Notes: generated by a model from the sequence alone, not told the origin. Positions 20,276 to 32,228 are shown, counted from the first letter of the stretch. The stretch: DNA of 64,000 bases from an uncultured delta proteobacterium (GCA_963765675.1 CAVXXK010000001.1:1088001-1152000); one strand, 5' to 3'. Numbers and translations: made by a program.

Positions 20276-22600
20276 CTATGACGCAGCGCGGGCCGGCTCC
20301 GGTTGAACGTCTATCGACAGAGCCGGACCTCTTCGGAGATTCGCGTAGGTTTTGAGCGCGGCGATCACGAGTGGAGCGACGCCCAGCACGATGAAGATCA
20401 GATCGCCCGGCAGCCGCGCCCATTCGAGCGAGTGCATCAGGGTGCTGTGCCCGAACGCTTCGCTGCGCGCGTGCCAATATCCGTTCTGCAGCACGTCATA
20501 GAGTTGCAGCACGCCGCCGGGGAATAGATTGGTCACGATCATCAGCACCAGTCCCAAGTTGAGTCCGAAGAACGAAACCCGGATATATTTTTCCGTGTCG
20601 CGCCATTGCTCGTCGGAAGAGACCTGCCGAAAGGCAAAAACCATCAGCGCGACCGCGAGCATCCCGAACACGCCCATAAACGCGGCGTGCGCGTGATTTG
20701 GCGTGAGCATGGTGCCGACCTCGAAGTAGCTGACGATCGGCATGTTGATGAGGAAGCCGAAGACGCCGGCGCCGACGAAATTCCACACTCCGACCGCCAT
20801 CAGGAAGTAAAACGTCCATCGATGCGGCACCGAAATTTCCTCGCCGCAGGTATCGCATCGCCCCTGGGTCAGTGCGATAAAATCCCACGCGTCGAGCGTC
20901 AGCAGCGTCAGCGGGACGACCTCCATCGCGGAGAAAACCGAGCTCAGCGCCATCGCGATCTGTCCCTGACCGGTGAAGTACCAATGATGCCCGGTGCCGA
21001 TGATCCCGGCGCCGAGATAGAGGAGAGCGTCGAGATAGACGACACGCGAGGCGGTCGTGCTCGAGACGATTCCGAGCTGGTAGAAAATGATCGCAACGGC
21101 GCAGGTGACGAATAGCTCGAGAAAGTTCTCGACCCACAGATGGATTATCCAGAATCGCCAGAGATCGACGATCGTGAAGTTGGTCGCGGTGTTGTAGAAG
21201 AACGCGGGCACGTAAAACACCGGAATCGTGACGGCGGCCGCGATAAAAAGCCACGAAAGTTCGCTCGATTCGTGGCCGCTCAGCCGCGGCGCGATCGCGC
21301 GGTAGAGCAGCACCACCCACAGGACCAGGCCTGCCGCGAGCATCATCTGCCACGCGCGTCCGAGGTCCAGGTATTCCCATCCCTGATCGCCGAACCAGCT
21401 CCAGAACCTGCCGAACCACTGATGCACTCCGGCGAATTCGCCGAGCAGGCTCCCGACGACGACCAGCACCAGCGCGGCGAACAGGACATTCACCCACAAA
21501 GCTTGTGCGCGCGGCTCGGCGCCGCCGATGACGGGAGCCAGGAACAGTCCGCCGGCGACGTAGGACGCCGCGATCCAGAAAATCGCGAGTTGCAGATGCC
21601 AGGTGCGCAGAATTTGACTGGGCAAAATCGCCGAGAGATTGATTCCATAGAAGCTGCCCGAGTTCGCGCGGTAGTGCGCAGTGCCGCCGCCGACCAGCGC
21701 CTGAGCAAGGAACAGCAGCGCGATCAGCGCGAAATATTTGATCGTCGCCCGCTGGCTCGGCGTCGTCACGCCGGGGAGCATCCTCGGATGCACATGCCCG
21801 CGTTGCCGCCGCCATCCGAGGAAATCGAAGCGGCCGAATGCGAACAGCACCGCCGCGGTAGCACCGAGCAGCGTGATCACGCTGAGCGCGCTCCATAGCA
21901 CCGCGCCGCTGGTCGGCAGATTGCCGGCCGAAGGATCATAAGGAAAGTTGCTGGTGTACGAGTAATTCAATCCGGGCCGATTCGCGACCGAAGCCCACGC
22001 CGCCCATGCGAAAAACGAGGTCAGCTCGCGCAGTTGCGTCGGGTCGTTGATATAATCGCGCGGAAGGCCGGCGTCCTGCGATGGATTCGTGAAGTAAGCG
22101 GTCCATAGAGCGATCTGATGCTGGTAAGAGGCGGCCTCCGCTTCGGTGAATGTCAGAGTTTTGGTGACGGGATCGTAGCGGTTGCGCTTGAGCATCCGTG
22201 TGACTTCAGCGTTGACGACAAGGCGCTGGCGCGGCGCAAGCTGCGCCGGCATCACGAAGCCGTGACGCTCGGTGATACTCTTTTCAGTGTCGATTGCGAG
22301 CGTGTGCAGGTACTGGGCGGAAAAGTCGGGACCCAGGTATGCGCCGTGTCCCCAGATGGTGCCGTTCTCCATCAATCCGTAGCGCAGAAAGACCTGTTGA
22401 CCGGCAGTGACATCGGCGGCGGTGAACAACACGGCACCGTCCGGACTGACGACGCGTTCAGGAATCGGCGGCGCGTCGGTGTAGGTCAGCTTCGCGAGCC
22501 ATCCGAGCACGCAGAAACACACGACGATCGTGGCGATCGCAGCAGCGTCGCCACCAAGGTGAGAGGGCTTGATCCTCGGGCATCGCAACTCCTTGTTCAC
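20276..22600 (-). CDS. norB: Quinol-dependent nitric oxide reductase (qNor)
   Basis: WGHGAYLGPDF, HLWVE, GTGHH, HAHAAF heme/Fe ligands; 774-aa single subunit. Confidence 0.95.
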   Translation of the reverse strand: MNKELRCPRIKPSHLGGDAAAIATIVVCFCVLGWLAKLTYTDAPPIPERVVSPDGAVLFTAADVTAGQQVFLRYGLMENGTIWGHGAYLGPDFSAQYLHTLAIDTEKSITERHGFVMPAQLAPRQRLVVNAEVTRMLKRNRYDPVTKTLTFTEAEAASYQHQIALWTAYFTNPSQDAGLPRDYINDPTQLRELTSFFAWAAWASVANRPGLNYSYTSNFPYDPSAGNLPTSGAVLWSALSVITLLGATAAVLFAFGRFDFLGWRRQRGHVHPRMLPGVTTPSQRATIKYFALIALLFLAQALVGGGTAHYRANSGSFYGINLSAILPSQILRTWHLQLAIFWIAASYVAGGLFLAPVIGGAEPRAQALWVNVLFAALVLVVVGSLLGEFAGVHQWFGRFWSWFGDQGWEYLDLGRAWQMMLAAGLVLWVVLLYRAIAPRLSGHESSELSWLFIAAAVTIPVFYVPAFFYNTATNFTIVDLWRFWIIHLWVENFLELFVTCAVAIIFYQLGIVSSTTASRVVYLDALLYLGAGIIGTGHHWYFTGQGQIAMALSSVFSAMEVVPLTLLTLDAWDFIALTQGRCDTCGEEISVPHRWTFYFLMAVGVWNFVGAGVFGFLINMPIVSYFEVGTMLTPNHAHAAFMGVFGMLAVALMVFAFRQVSSDEQWRDTEKYIRVSFFGLNLGLVLMIVTNLFPGGVLQLYDVLQNGYWHARSEAFGHSTLMHSLEWARLPGDLIFIVLGVAPLVIAALKTYANLRRGPALSIDVQPEPARAAS

Positions 22601-22692
22601 CGGCGGTCACGAGATACCGAACACCTTTGCGCTCGCACGATCAAGCACGTCGGCGCGGTTTGTAACCCTTTCTCGATAGGACCAGGCATCAG

Positions 22693-22800
22693 GCGGCCAC
22701 TAAGACACAAAGACACAAAGAAGAAATTATTTGAAAGTGCCCGGGTCCTTATTTTGGAGCCGGTGCTTTCTTCTTGGTGTCCTCGTGTCTTAGTGGCCGC
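22693..22800. repeat. 34-bp inverted repeat (REP/MITE-like hairpin)
   Basis: Arms 22693-22726 and 22767-22800 with 3 mismatches. Confidence 0.8.
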
Positions 22801-22827
22801 TTGGTGCCTTGGTGTTTACCTCAAGTC

Positions 22828-23934
22828 TCAGAACAGGAAGCGGCGCGTGTTGATGCTAATTAGCAGGCCCATCGCACCCATCATCAGGATCAGCGACGAG
22901 CCGCCGTAACTCACCAGCGGCAGTGTGATTCCGACGACCGGCAGCATCCCGGTCGCCATCCCGATATTTATTGCCACCTGCCAGAACACGATCGAGACCA
23001 GGCCGATCGCGAGCAGCGCGCCGAAGCGATCTCGCGCGTGGCGCGCGATCCATGCGCCGCGCAGGATCAGCGCCGCGTACATCGCGAGCAGCGTCAGCGT
23101 GCCGGTCAGCCCGAACTCTTCGGCGAAGACCGCGAAGATAAAATCCGTGCTCTGTTCCGGCAGAAAATTGAGCCGCGCCTGTGTGCCCTTCAGAAATCCC
23201 TTGCCAGTCGGGCCGCCGGCGCCGATCGCGATTTCGCTCTGGATGATGTGATAGCCCGAGCCGAGCGGATCGGCCTGCGGATTGATGAAGCTGACCAGGC
23301 GCTGGCGCTGATATGGCTTCAGGTAATGCCAGCCGAGAGGAGCCGCGCACATCGCCGCTAGCGCTAGCACCACCATCATGCGCCAGTTGAGTCCGCTCAC
23401 GAACACCAGCGTCACGGTGATCAGAACCAGAATCAGCCCAGTCCCGAGGTCTGGTTGCTTGAGCACCAGCACGACCGGAACCGCCAGGAGGAGCGCCGGG
23501 ATGATCATCTGGCGCAGGCTCCAACCCCCCTTGGGCGGCTCCTCGCGAAAATACCGGACCATCGTGAAAACCACCGCGAGCTTCGCGAACTCGGAAGGTT
23601 CGAGATGAAAGAAGCCGAGGTTGATCCAGCGCCGCGAGCCGCCGGTCGAGTGGCCGATCACCTGCACCGCGATCAGCAGAGCGATCGCGATCGCATAGAT
23701 CGGATAGGCATAGGTTTGGAGCGCGCGATAGTCGAACAGCACCGCCGCGATCAGGATTACGACGCCGACCGCGATCCAGATCATCTGCCGAATGACCAGT
23801 GGATCGAGATGCTTGTGCGGACCGGCGTACGACGCGCTCATCACACTCAAGAGCCCGATCACGGCCAGCGCGATCACCAGCCAGAAGACGGTCCAATCGA
23901 AATGCAGAACCAGACGGCGATCGATCGCGGCCAC
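22828..23934 (-). CDS. rodA: Rod shape-determining protein RodA
   Basis: PSEFAK, QPDLGT, LPEQSTDFIF, LPLVSYGGSS. Confidence 0.96.
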   Translation of the reverse strand: MAAIDRRLVLHFDWTVFWLVIALAVIGLLSVMSASYAGPHKHLDPLVIRQMIWIAVGVVILIAAVLFDYRALQTYAYPIYAIAIALLIAVQVIGHSTGGSRRWINLGFFHLEPSEFAKLAVVFTMVRYFREEPPKGGWSLRQMIIPALLLAVPVVLVLKQPDLGTGLILVLITVTLVFVSGLNWRMMVVLALAAMCAAPLGWHYLKPYQRQRLVSFINPQADPLGSGYHIIQSEIAIGAGGPTGKGFLKGTQARLNFLPEQSTDFIFAVFAEEFGLTGTLTLLAMYAALILRGAWIARHARDRFGALLAIGLVSIVFWQVAINIGMATGMLPVVGITLPLVSYGGSSLILMMGAMGLLISINTRRFLF

Positions 23935-23938
23935 GGGT

Positions 23939-25867
23939 CTAGCGTTCGCCGCCGTCGGAATCGTCGTCCAACACGCGCGCGATTGCGGTCTTGGGCGCGG
24001 AATCGTCGTCGCGCGTCAGGTCGGGTGCGGCGGGCGGCGGATAGAGTTGAAAGAAACGTTTCATCACCGCCGCGACTTCCGGCGCGGCCGCGCTGCCGCC
24101 GTGGCCTCCATGCTCGACCAGGCAGGCGATCGCGATCTGCGGATGCTCCTTGGGCGCGAACGCGATGAACCATGCGTTGTCGCGGTATTTCTCGGGCATC
24201 TTGGATTCGTCTTCGCCCGCGGTCAGGCTGCCCTTGTCGCCGACGACCTGCGCGGTTCCGCTCTTGCCGCACACCGTGATTCCGTCCAGGGCAGCCTTGT
24301 GTCCCGTGCCGCCGGGGCCGTTTACCACGTCGGCCATCGCGTCCTTCACTATCTCGAGATTATCCGGCGAGATCGGTACGCGCTCTTCAACGACCGGCGG
24401 GTAGGCCCTTGCGACTCCGCCGTCGAGTCCTTCGACTTCCTTGACGAACTGCGGGCGATAGCGCGTGCCGCCGTTGGCGACCTCTGCCGCAAGCTGTGCA
24501 AGTTGGAGCGGAGTTGCGGCGACATAACCCTGCCCGATCGCGACCGAGAGCGTCTCGGCGGGGTACCATCGCTCGTGATAGCGTTTTTCCTTCCACGCCG
24601 ACGAGGGCATCAGGCCGGGTTTTTCATTGTCCAATCCGATGCCGGATTTCACGCCGAATCCGAGCAGTTTGGCCCAATGCGCGAGCTTGTCGATTCCGAG
24701 ATGCTCGCCGACTTCATAAAAATAGACGTCGCACGAACGCACGATCGCGTTATGCAGTCCGATTTCGCCGTGACCCTGTTTACGCCAGCAATGATATTCG
24801 CGGCCGCCAAACCATAGCCCGCCCGGACAATCATAAACCGTGTCTTCGGTGAGGGTGCCTTCCTGAAGGCCCGCGATTGAATCGACAATCTTGAAGGTTG
24901 AGCCCGGCGCGTAAGTTCCCTGGATTGCACGATCTTCGAGTGGATGATCCGGGTCGGTCATCAGCGCGCGCCACTCCGCGGGCTTGACTCCGGCGCCGAA
25001 GACGTCGGGATCGAACGCCGGATGTGAAACCATCGCGATGATGTCGCCGTTATTTGGATCGATCGCGACCATCGCGCCGTTCTTGCCCTGCATTGCCTGC
25101 TCCGCCGCCTGCTGCACGTCAAGGTCGATAGACAGGACGACGCTGTCTCCGGGAGTGTCGGGGATCTCCTTGAGTACCCGCAGCCGCCGACCGACCGCGT
25201 CGACCTCCACCTCCTGGCCTCCCGCTTCGCCGCGCAGATACGGTTCCCATCCGCGCTCGAGGCCAAATTTGCCGATCTCGTCGCCCATGTGATACGCAGT
25301 GAGCCGCCGCAGATCATCAACACTGACCTCGCCGACGTAACCGAGCAGATGCGCTGCCAGCTCGCCGTACAGGTAATGGCGTCCGGGTGTGATTTCCAGG
25401 CTGACACCCGGAAGCTCGAGCTGATGGGTTTCGAGCGCGACGACTTGTTGCCAATCCAGGCGCTCGGCGACGATCACCGGTTCGTAGGGCGGCCGGCCTT
25501 CCTCCTCGGCGGAGGCGATCTTGTCGGCTACATCAGTCACGCCTAGATAGTGCTCGAGCTTCTCGATCGTGGCGGACAGATTGTCCGAGTCTTCGGGCAC
25601 CATCTCGGCATCAAAGGTCGGGCGCGTATCGACCAGCGGGCGATGACGCCGGTCGAAGACCAGTCCGCGCGGAGCGGGCACACGCCGGATTCGGATCCGG
25701 TTGCGATCGGCCAGTTCGGCCATCTCCGAATGATGAATCACCTGCAGGTAGTAAAGGCGCGCGCCGACGACCGCGAAGACCAGCGCCATCAGGGCGGTCA
25801 ACACGGCGACCCGGGGCTCAAGCTTCGGGATCGGACGATTTCGGGTTTTGGGGCGGAACTTCGCCAC
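23939..25867 (-). CDS. mrdA: Penicillin-binding protein 2
   Basis: PGSTFK, SCD, KSGTAQ; position in the mre operon. Confidence 0.96.
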   Translation of the reverse strand: MAKFRPKTRNRPIPKLEPRVAVLTALMALVFAVVGARLYYLQVIHHSEMAELADRNRIRIRRVPAPRGLVFDRRHRPLVDTRPTFDAEMVPEDSDNLSATIEKLEHYLGVTDVADKIASAEEEGRPPYEPVIVAERLDWQQVVALETHQLELPGVSLEITPGRHYLYGELAAHLLGYVGEVSVDDLRRLTAYHMGDEIGKFGLERGWEPYLRGEAGGQEVEVDAVGRRLRVLKEIPDTPGDSVVLSIDLDVQQAAEQAMQGKNGAMVAIDPNNGDIIAMVSHPAFDPDVFGAGVKPAEWRALMTDPDHPLEDRAIQGTYAPGSTFKIVDSIAGLQEGTLTEDTVYDCPGGLWFGGREYHCWRKQGHGEIGLHNAIVRSCDVYFYEVGEHLGIDKLAHWAKLLGFGVKSGIGLDNEKPGLMPSSAWKEKRYHERWYPAETLSVAIGQGYVAATPLQLAQLAAEVANGGTRYRPQFVKEVEGLDGGVARAYPPVVEERVPISPDNLEIVKDAMADVVNGPGGTGHKAALDGITVCGKSGTAQVVGDKGSLTAGEDESKMPEKYRDNAWFIAFAPKEHPQIAIACLVEHGGHGGSAAAPEVAAVMKRFFQLYPPPAAPDLTRDDDSAPKTAIARVLDDDSDGGER

Positions 25868-25891
25868 TGAAGGGTTCCTGTCTATATCTAT

Positions 25892-26398
25892 CTATTCACG
25901 CGCGAGCGCGACAGGCAATCCGGCGATTCGTTTGAGCAATGCGACAAGCCCAAACACCAACGGTGCAACGATCGCTGAAATGGCAGCCTGCGTCGCAATT
26001 CCCGGCAGCATCGGGCCGACAGCCGCGAGCCCGGCGGCGCCGTCGGCGAGCAGAAGCGCTCCAATCGAGGTGACGATCACGCCCAGAAAGACAAACGTCG
26101 CGCCGACCGCCGCGTTGGTTACCAGCAGCCGGCTCGAAATTTCGTAGGTCAACAAAAAGACCATCGTGATCAGGAACGCATTGACGCCGAGCGTCGAGCC
26201 GGAAAACGCATCGGTCGCATAACCCATCCCAAAGGCCAGAATTGCCGGAACCACGCCGTGATTGCGCAGGCCCAAGTCCACCGCGAGGATTACGATCAGG
26301 TTTGGAATCAGGATCCGGGTCTGGATCCAATAGGGCACCGAGGTCTCAATGGCGAGCGCGAGATAGGTTAAAGTCGCGAACAGGATCACCAGCCGCAC
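25892..26398 (-). CDS. mreD: Rod shape-determining protein MreD
   Basis: Hydrophobic protein with GYATDAFSG; between mreC and mrdA. Confidence 0.88.
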   Translation of the reverse strand: MRLVILFATLTYLALAIETSVPYWIQTRILIPNLIVILAVDLGLRNHGVVPAILAFGMGYATDAFSGSTLGVNAFLITMVFLLTYEISSRLLVTNAAVGATFVFLGVIVTSIGALLLADGAAGLAAVGPMLPGIATQAAISAIVAPLVFGLVALLKRIAGLPVALARE

Positions 26399-26403
26399 GC
26401 CGG

Positions 26404-27285
26404 TCAGCCTCGAATGTCGGGCGGCGCGGGAGGTGCCTGCTGGGTGACGATCAGCACCTGTTCGAGCGCGTGGAAATCGACCGCAGGACGCACCTGCACC
26501 AGAAGAAACAGGCCGGGGCCTTCGCGATGGACGCTCGCGACGGTGCCGACCAGGAGTCCGCGCGGAAAAATTCCATCGAGTCCCGAGGTCACGATCGTGT
26601 CGCCCGGTTTTAGATCCTCCGAGCGATCGACGTATTTCATGATGATACCGTCATCGACCACGCCCGCAACAATCCCCCGCGCGCGCGAGCGCTCGTCGAA
26701 GCCGTCAAGGGCGGAGTTATGATCGTCGATAAGCAGCACGCGCGCGGCGTTCTGGCTGGTATCGATAATCCGGCCGACGACGCCGCGGTTCGACAACACC
26801 GCCATCCCGGGCCGCAGCCCGCTCGACGATCCCTGGCCGAGCACGAGGGTATGCGCAAGTCCGGTCGCGTCGCTGCCGATTACGCTGGCGGCAACCGCGT
26901 CTAGTCCGAGCGCGTCGCGGAGTTCGAGCAGGCTGGCGAGGTGCTGATTTTCCGTCTCGAGTTCGGTGATCTGCGTGCCTTCGCCCTTAAGCTCGGCGAT
27001 CTGCGCGCGCAGCCGCTTATTCTCTTCACGCACGCCGACCAGGTCCAGATAGTTGTGTACGATTGCCGACGCGCCGTCGCCCAGCCGCGCCGTGGCAGCC
27101 TGCACTGGGCGCATAATTTCGAGCATCGCGAAGGCGGGCGCCGCCGCGTAATCGGCGCGGCTCAAGCCTCCCGTCAGCAGATGCAGCGAAATCAAAAGCA
27201 ACGCGCCGGCGGTCAGCACCACGCGGTTGCGCCACAAAAATGTACCCGTGATTTTGCCCCGAGCCGCAGGCACACTCTGCCTCAT
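26404..27285 (-). CDS. mreC: Rod shape-determining protein MreC
   Basis: Coiled coil plus VTSGLDGIFPRGLLVG. Confidence 0.94.
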   Translation of the reverse strand: MRQSVPAARGKITGTFLWRNRVVLTAGALLLISLHLLTGGLSRADYAAAPAFAMLEIMRPVQAATARLGDGASAIVHNYLDLVGVREENKRLRAQIAELKGEGTQITELETENQHLASLLELRDALGLDAVAASVIGSDATGLAHTLVLGQGSSSGLRPGMAVLSNRGVVGRIIDTSQNAARVLLIDDHNSALDGFDERSRARGIVAGVVDDGIIMKYVDRSEDLKPGDTIVTSGLDGIFPRGLLVGTVASVHREGPGLFLLVQVRPAVDFHALEQVLIVTQQAPPAPPDIRG

Positions 27286-27303
27286 CGCGGGACGCGCGAA
27301 CGC

Positions 27304-28395
<1,092 letters not shown>

Positions 28396-28592
28396 TTATC
28401 GAATCTTCGTCGCTTAGGTATCCCTTGGACGAAGCCGAAGTTGCTCAGGATAAAGACCTGGATCAGGGGGAGAAACCGGCTCCTCGTCCACCCATCCTCT
28501 GGGCGATGAAGCTAACAGATGGCCGACGGGTGGAGCAAGCGAGTGCCCTCCAATTGCGCGCCGAAAGGCCGCTTGGATATGATTGGGGCGCC

Positions 28593-30512
28593 ATGCTCGA
28601 TTTGATGCGCCGCCACGCCTACTCGTGGGTAACGCGGACAATACTAATTCTGATCACTATTATCTTCGGCTTCTGGGGAATCGGCACCGGGTTCTTCGCC
28701 CAGGTTCATCCGGTGGCAACCGTGAACGGCAACCGGATTCTTGCGGTCGAGGTGGATAAGGAATCCCAGCAACTGCAGGAGCTCATCCAGCAGATGTACG
28801 GCGCGAATGCCGCCGCGGTGATAAAGAACATGAACATGCGCCAGGAGGCGCTCGACCGGATTATCGAGAACCGGCTCATCGCCACCGAGGCGCGGCATCT
28901 CGGACTGCATGTGAGCGACGCCGAGCTGCAGCAGAAGATCGCGACCCTGCCGGGGTTTCAGTCAAACGGCCAGTTCGATTTTGATCAATACCAGGAAGTC
29001 CTGCGCGAGCGCGGGATGATGCCGGCCGAGTTCGAGTCCTCGATGCGCACGGAGATGACGCAGGACACGCTTCAGCAGATGGTCGATCAAGGTGTGCAGG
29101 CAAGCGATCGCGAAGTCCGCCACGCATTCAACCTGCGCAACCAGAAGGTCGGGCTGGCTTACGTCGAGTTTCCGTGGAACGACTTCACCGCCTCGATAAA
29201 TCCAACCGACAAGCAGGTCGCGGATTTCTACAACGCCCACGTCCAGGACTTCCGCGAACCCGAGCGCGTCCAGATCATGTTCATTCACTACGAACCGCTC
29301 ACGCTCGCAGCTAAGTTCACGCCCTCAGATAAAGACATTGAGTACTACTACAAGACCAATCTGAAGAGCCATTTCACGCATCCCGACACGGTTCACGCCC
29401 AGCACATCCTGGTCGCCGTTCCGGAACACGCAACCGACAAGGAAAATGCGGCGGCCAAGGCGAAGGCCGAAGACATCCTGAAGCAGGCGCAAGCCAAGGG
29501 CGCGGATTTCGACAAACTCGCCGAGAAGTATTCCGATGATCCCTCGAACAAGGATCATGGCGGCGATTTGGGCTCGTTTGGACGCGGTCAGATGATCAAG
29601 CCGTTCGAAGATGCCGTGTTCTCGATGAAGCCCGGCGAGATTCGCATCGTCGAGACCAAGTTCGGTTACCACGTGGTCAAGCTCGAATCGTTCACGCCCG
29701 CGCATACCGACACTCTCGCCGAAGCGCGGCCCAAGATTATCAGCGACCTGCGCCAGCAGACCGGAACCCGGCTCGCGCGCCAGGCGATCGACGAAGACTT
29801 GACCGCCGCCCTCGGTGGTGCCGATTTGGCGGACCTCGCGAAGAAACGCGGAATCGACGCGGTCATGTCGACGCCCTTCGCCAAGGGCGAGTCGATAGCG
29901 GGTGTCGGCCAGGATTCGAAGCTCACCGACGCGGCGCTCGCGCTCGACAAGGGACAGGTTCGCGCGGTTCCCGAACAGGACGCGCCCTACCTTATCAAGG
30001 TGATCAACAAAACGCCCTCGCATGTTCCTCCGCTGAAGGATATCGCCTCGACCGTGCGACAAGCCTATATCCGGGCATACGCGGAAATTGCGGCGCACCA
30101 TCAGGCTCAGAAGCTGATGGCGCAGATAAAGACGCCCGCCGATTTGCAGAAAGTCGCGACCGCCAACAAGCTCACGATTCATAATGTCGATCCCTTCGAG
30201 CGCGCGAGCCATGCGATATCCGGAATCGGCCAGTTTCCAGAAGTCACCGACGCCGCTGGAATTGTTGCGACCGTCCCAGGGTTGATTCCGAACGTGATGG
30301 AACAGGACGGCAACGCCTTTATCTTCGAAGTAACCTCGCGCTCCGATCCCGACGATGAGCAATGGGAGAGCGCGAAGCAGGAGTTCACCGATAATTACCT
30401 CGCGCAGCGCAGAGCGCAGGTCTGGAACCAGTTCCTCGACCAGCTGCGCGCCCAGGCCAATATCGTGATTCATGCCGACGAACTGGGTGCCTCGTCCGAT
30501 TCCGGGATGTAG
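28593..30512 (+). CDS. ppiD: PpiD/SurA-type periplasmic chaperone with parvulin domain
   Basis: N-terminal TM (FGFWGIG), HILV, YSDD..GGDLG.F, FGYHVVK. Confidence 0.9.
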   Translation: MLDLMRRHAYSWVTRTILILITIIFGFWGIGTGFFAQVHPVATVNGNRILAVEVDKESQQLQELIQQMYGANAAAVIKNMNMRQEALDRIIENRLIATEARHLGLHVSDAELQQKIATLPGFQSNGQFDFDQYQEVLRERGMMPAEFESSMRTEMTQDTLQQMVDQGVQASDREVRHAFNLRNQKVGLAYVEFPWNDFTASINPTDKQVADFYNAHVQDFREPERVQIMFIHYEPLTLAAKFTPSDKDIEYYYKTNLKSHFTHPDTVHAQHILVAVPEHATDKENAAAKAKAEDILKQAQAKGADFDKLAEKYSDDPSNKDHGGDLGSFGRGQMIKPFEDAVFSMKPGEIRIVETKFGYHVVKLESFTPAHTDTLAEARPKIISDLRQQTGTRLARQAIDEDLTAALGGADLADLAKKRGIDAVMSTPFAKGESIAGVGQDSKLTDAALALDKGQVRAVPEQDAPYLIKVINKTPSHVPPLKDIASTVRQAYIRAYAEIAAHHQAQKLMAQIKTPADLQKVATANKLTIHNVDPFERASHAISGIGQFPEVTDAAGIVATVPGLIPNVMEQDGNAFIFEVTSRSDPDDEQWESAKQEFTDNYLAQRRAQVWNQFLDQLRAQANIVIHADELGASSDSGM

Positions 30513-30518
30513 CGCGGC

Positions 30519-31436
30519 GTGAGGGCCGCATCGATGCGAAACGAAACGGTGATCGACTCTTCCGGGCGGAATCCTTCGGACGCTTCCGGGATGAAATCTT
30601 CTGACGACGAACCTCCGTCGCAGATTGCGCACGGTCGTCCTGCCGCAGGAGTTGACAAGCGCGAGTTCTTTTTCCCCGGTCAAGGATTGAGCGCACTGCT
30701 GATCCACGGACTGACCGGCACTCCGTATGAAATGCGATGGCTGGGCGAGCGGATGGCGGCGGCTGGAATCCGCGTACGCGGCGTCCGTCTTGCCGGACAC
30801 GCGGGCGCGCCCGAAGAGCTGGGTGCCGCGAACTACGACAACTGGTACGAAAGCGTAGTGCGGGGTTTCGAGGATCTGCGCCAGTACGGCGACCCGAATA
30901 TCGTGGTAGGCCTGTCGGCAGGCGCGGTCTTGGCCGCGCGGCTGGCGATAGACCAGCGCGAGGCGGTGGCGGGAATCGCGATGCTGGCGCCGGCATTTTA
31001 TCTGCCGCGCTCGACGATGCTGCTGCTCAGGATGGTGCAGAAGCTCGGTCGCTTCTCGCGCCAGCTATATCTTAACAGCCCTGGCGACTCCGATATCCAC
31101 GACGCGGCCGCGCGCCGGATTCATCCGACCACCCATCTGTTCCCGATCCTGGCGCCGATCAATCTACTCGATATGTCGAAGATCGTGCGCCGCCGCCTTC
31201 AGCGCATAACTCAGCCCGCACTCGTGATCCATTCGCGGCTCGATCACACCTGTCCGTTCGAGCGCAACGTGAAGTTCGTGATGAAGCATCTCGGCAGCGC
31301 GGAGAAACGCTGCGTCGTTCTGGAAGAGAGCTACCACGTAATTACGGTCGATACCGAAAAGGAGCGGGTTGCGGACGAGGTGCTGAACTTTGCCGCGCAG
31401 TTCCGCCAGCAAGCGCCCAAAGCGGCCAGCGGATGA
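30519..31436 (+). CDS. Alpha/beta-hydrolase carboxylesterase (start uncertain)
   Basis: LLIHGLTGTP, GLSAG nucleophile elbow, DH, SYHV. Confidence 0.9.
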   Translation: MRAASMRNETVIDSSGRNPSDASGMKSSDDEPPSQIAHGRPAAGVDKREFFFPGQGLSALLIHGLTGTPYEMRWLGERMAAAGIRVRGVRLAGHAGAPEELGAANYDNWYESVVRGFEDLRQYGDPNIVVGLSAGAVLAARLAIDQREAVAGIAMLAPAFYLPRSTMLLLRMVQKLGRFSRQLYLNSPGDSDIHDAAARRIHPTTHLFPILAPINLLDMSKIVRRRLQRITQPALVIHSRLDHTCPFERNVKFVMKHLGSAEKRCVVLEESYHVITVDTEKERVADEVLNFAAQFRQQAPKAASG

Positions 31437-31442
31437 TCGAGG

Positions 31443-31766
31443 CTACTGGCGCGCGGAATCGTAGAATTCTTCGAGCAGGTATTTCACGTCGGGGCGCCCC
31501 AGCACCTCGACGAAGCAGATCTCGTTGCGATCGTTTAAATCGATGATGAGCTGCCCTTCCATCGAGGCAAGCTCGACGTAGTTGGCGACCTTCACTTCCG
31601 GCGCCGTCGCAAAGCTCGCACAATTCTCGTCGCCGCAGTCGCATACCGACTCGATCGTGAGCGCGCGCAGGGGCGCTTCGAGCGGATCGGCACCCTGCTG
31701 CTTGAGCAGAAACACCATCTCCTCGAGCAGATCGGGAAGCACGTCATTCAGCATCGGTCCGGGCAT
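31443..31766 (-). CDS. Hypothetical protein
   Basis: CDCGDENCASF..ICFVEVL; clean ORF. Confidence 0.7.
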   Translation of the reverse strand: MPGPMLNDVLPDLLEEMVFLLKQQGADPLEAPLRALTIESVCDCGDENCASFATAPEVKVANYVELASMEGQLIIDLNDRNEICFVEVLGRPDVKYLLEEFYDSARQ

Positions 31767-31854
31767 AACGTCCAAGCCTAGTCGATCCGCCTCGCCGATC
31801 AAATCCCGGCGCGCGCGGGTGATGTGCCGGATCAATTGATGATAAGTTAGGGCA

Positions 31855-32202
31855 ATGGCAGACGCACTCGATGACGTTCTGGTGGTGACCACCAACGACG
31901 TGCCGGGTTACGAGATAGTTTCGGTGTACGGCGAGGTTTTCGGGCTGATCGTGCGCGCCCGCAACGTGTTCTCGAACGTCGGCGCGAGCCTGCGCACACT
32001 CGTCGGCGGAGAGGTCGGCGGCTACACTTCTCTCCTGACGGAGAGCCGGCTTCACGCGGTTCAGCGCCTGCGCGCCGCCGCGGTCGAGAAAGGCGGCAAT
32101 GCAGTTGTCGCGATGCGCTTCGATTGCAACGAGATCGGCGGCATCATGAGCGAGATCGCCGCCTACGGCACCGCAGTCACGATCCGCCCCAAGAAATCGT
32201 AA
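31855..32202 (+). CDS. YbjQ/UPF0145 protein
   Basis: VTTNDVPG, LVGGE, NAVVAMRFD, AYGTAV. Confidence 0.93.
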   Translation: MADALDDVLVVTTNDVPGYEIVSVYGEVFGLIVRARNVFSNVGASLRTLVGGEVGGYTSLLTESRLHAVQRLRAAAVEKGGNAVVAMRFDCNEIGGIMSEIAAYGTAVTIRPKKS

Positions 32203-32228
32203 TCAGTGCGCTTAGCCCCCGGGACCCC

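Noticed and set aside
28425-28592. 56-aa N-terminal extension of PpiD or a structured RNA in the mreB-ppiD gap
   Set aside because: MLDLMRR is a typical PpiD start; the hairpins match no RNA family I recognise
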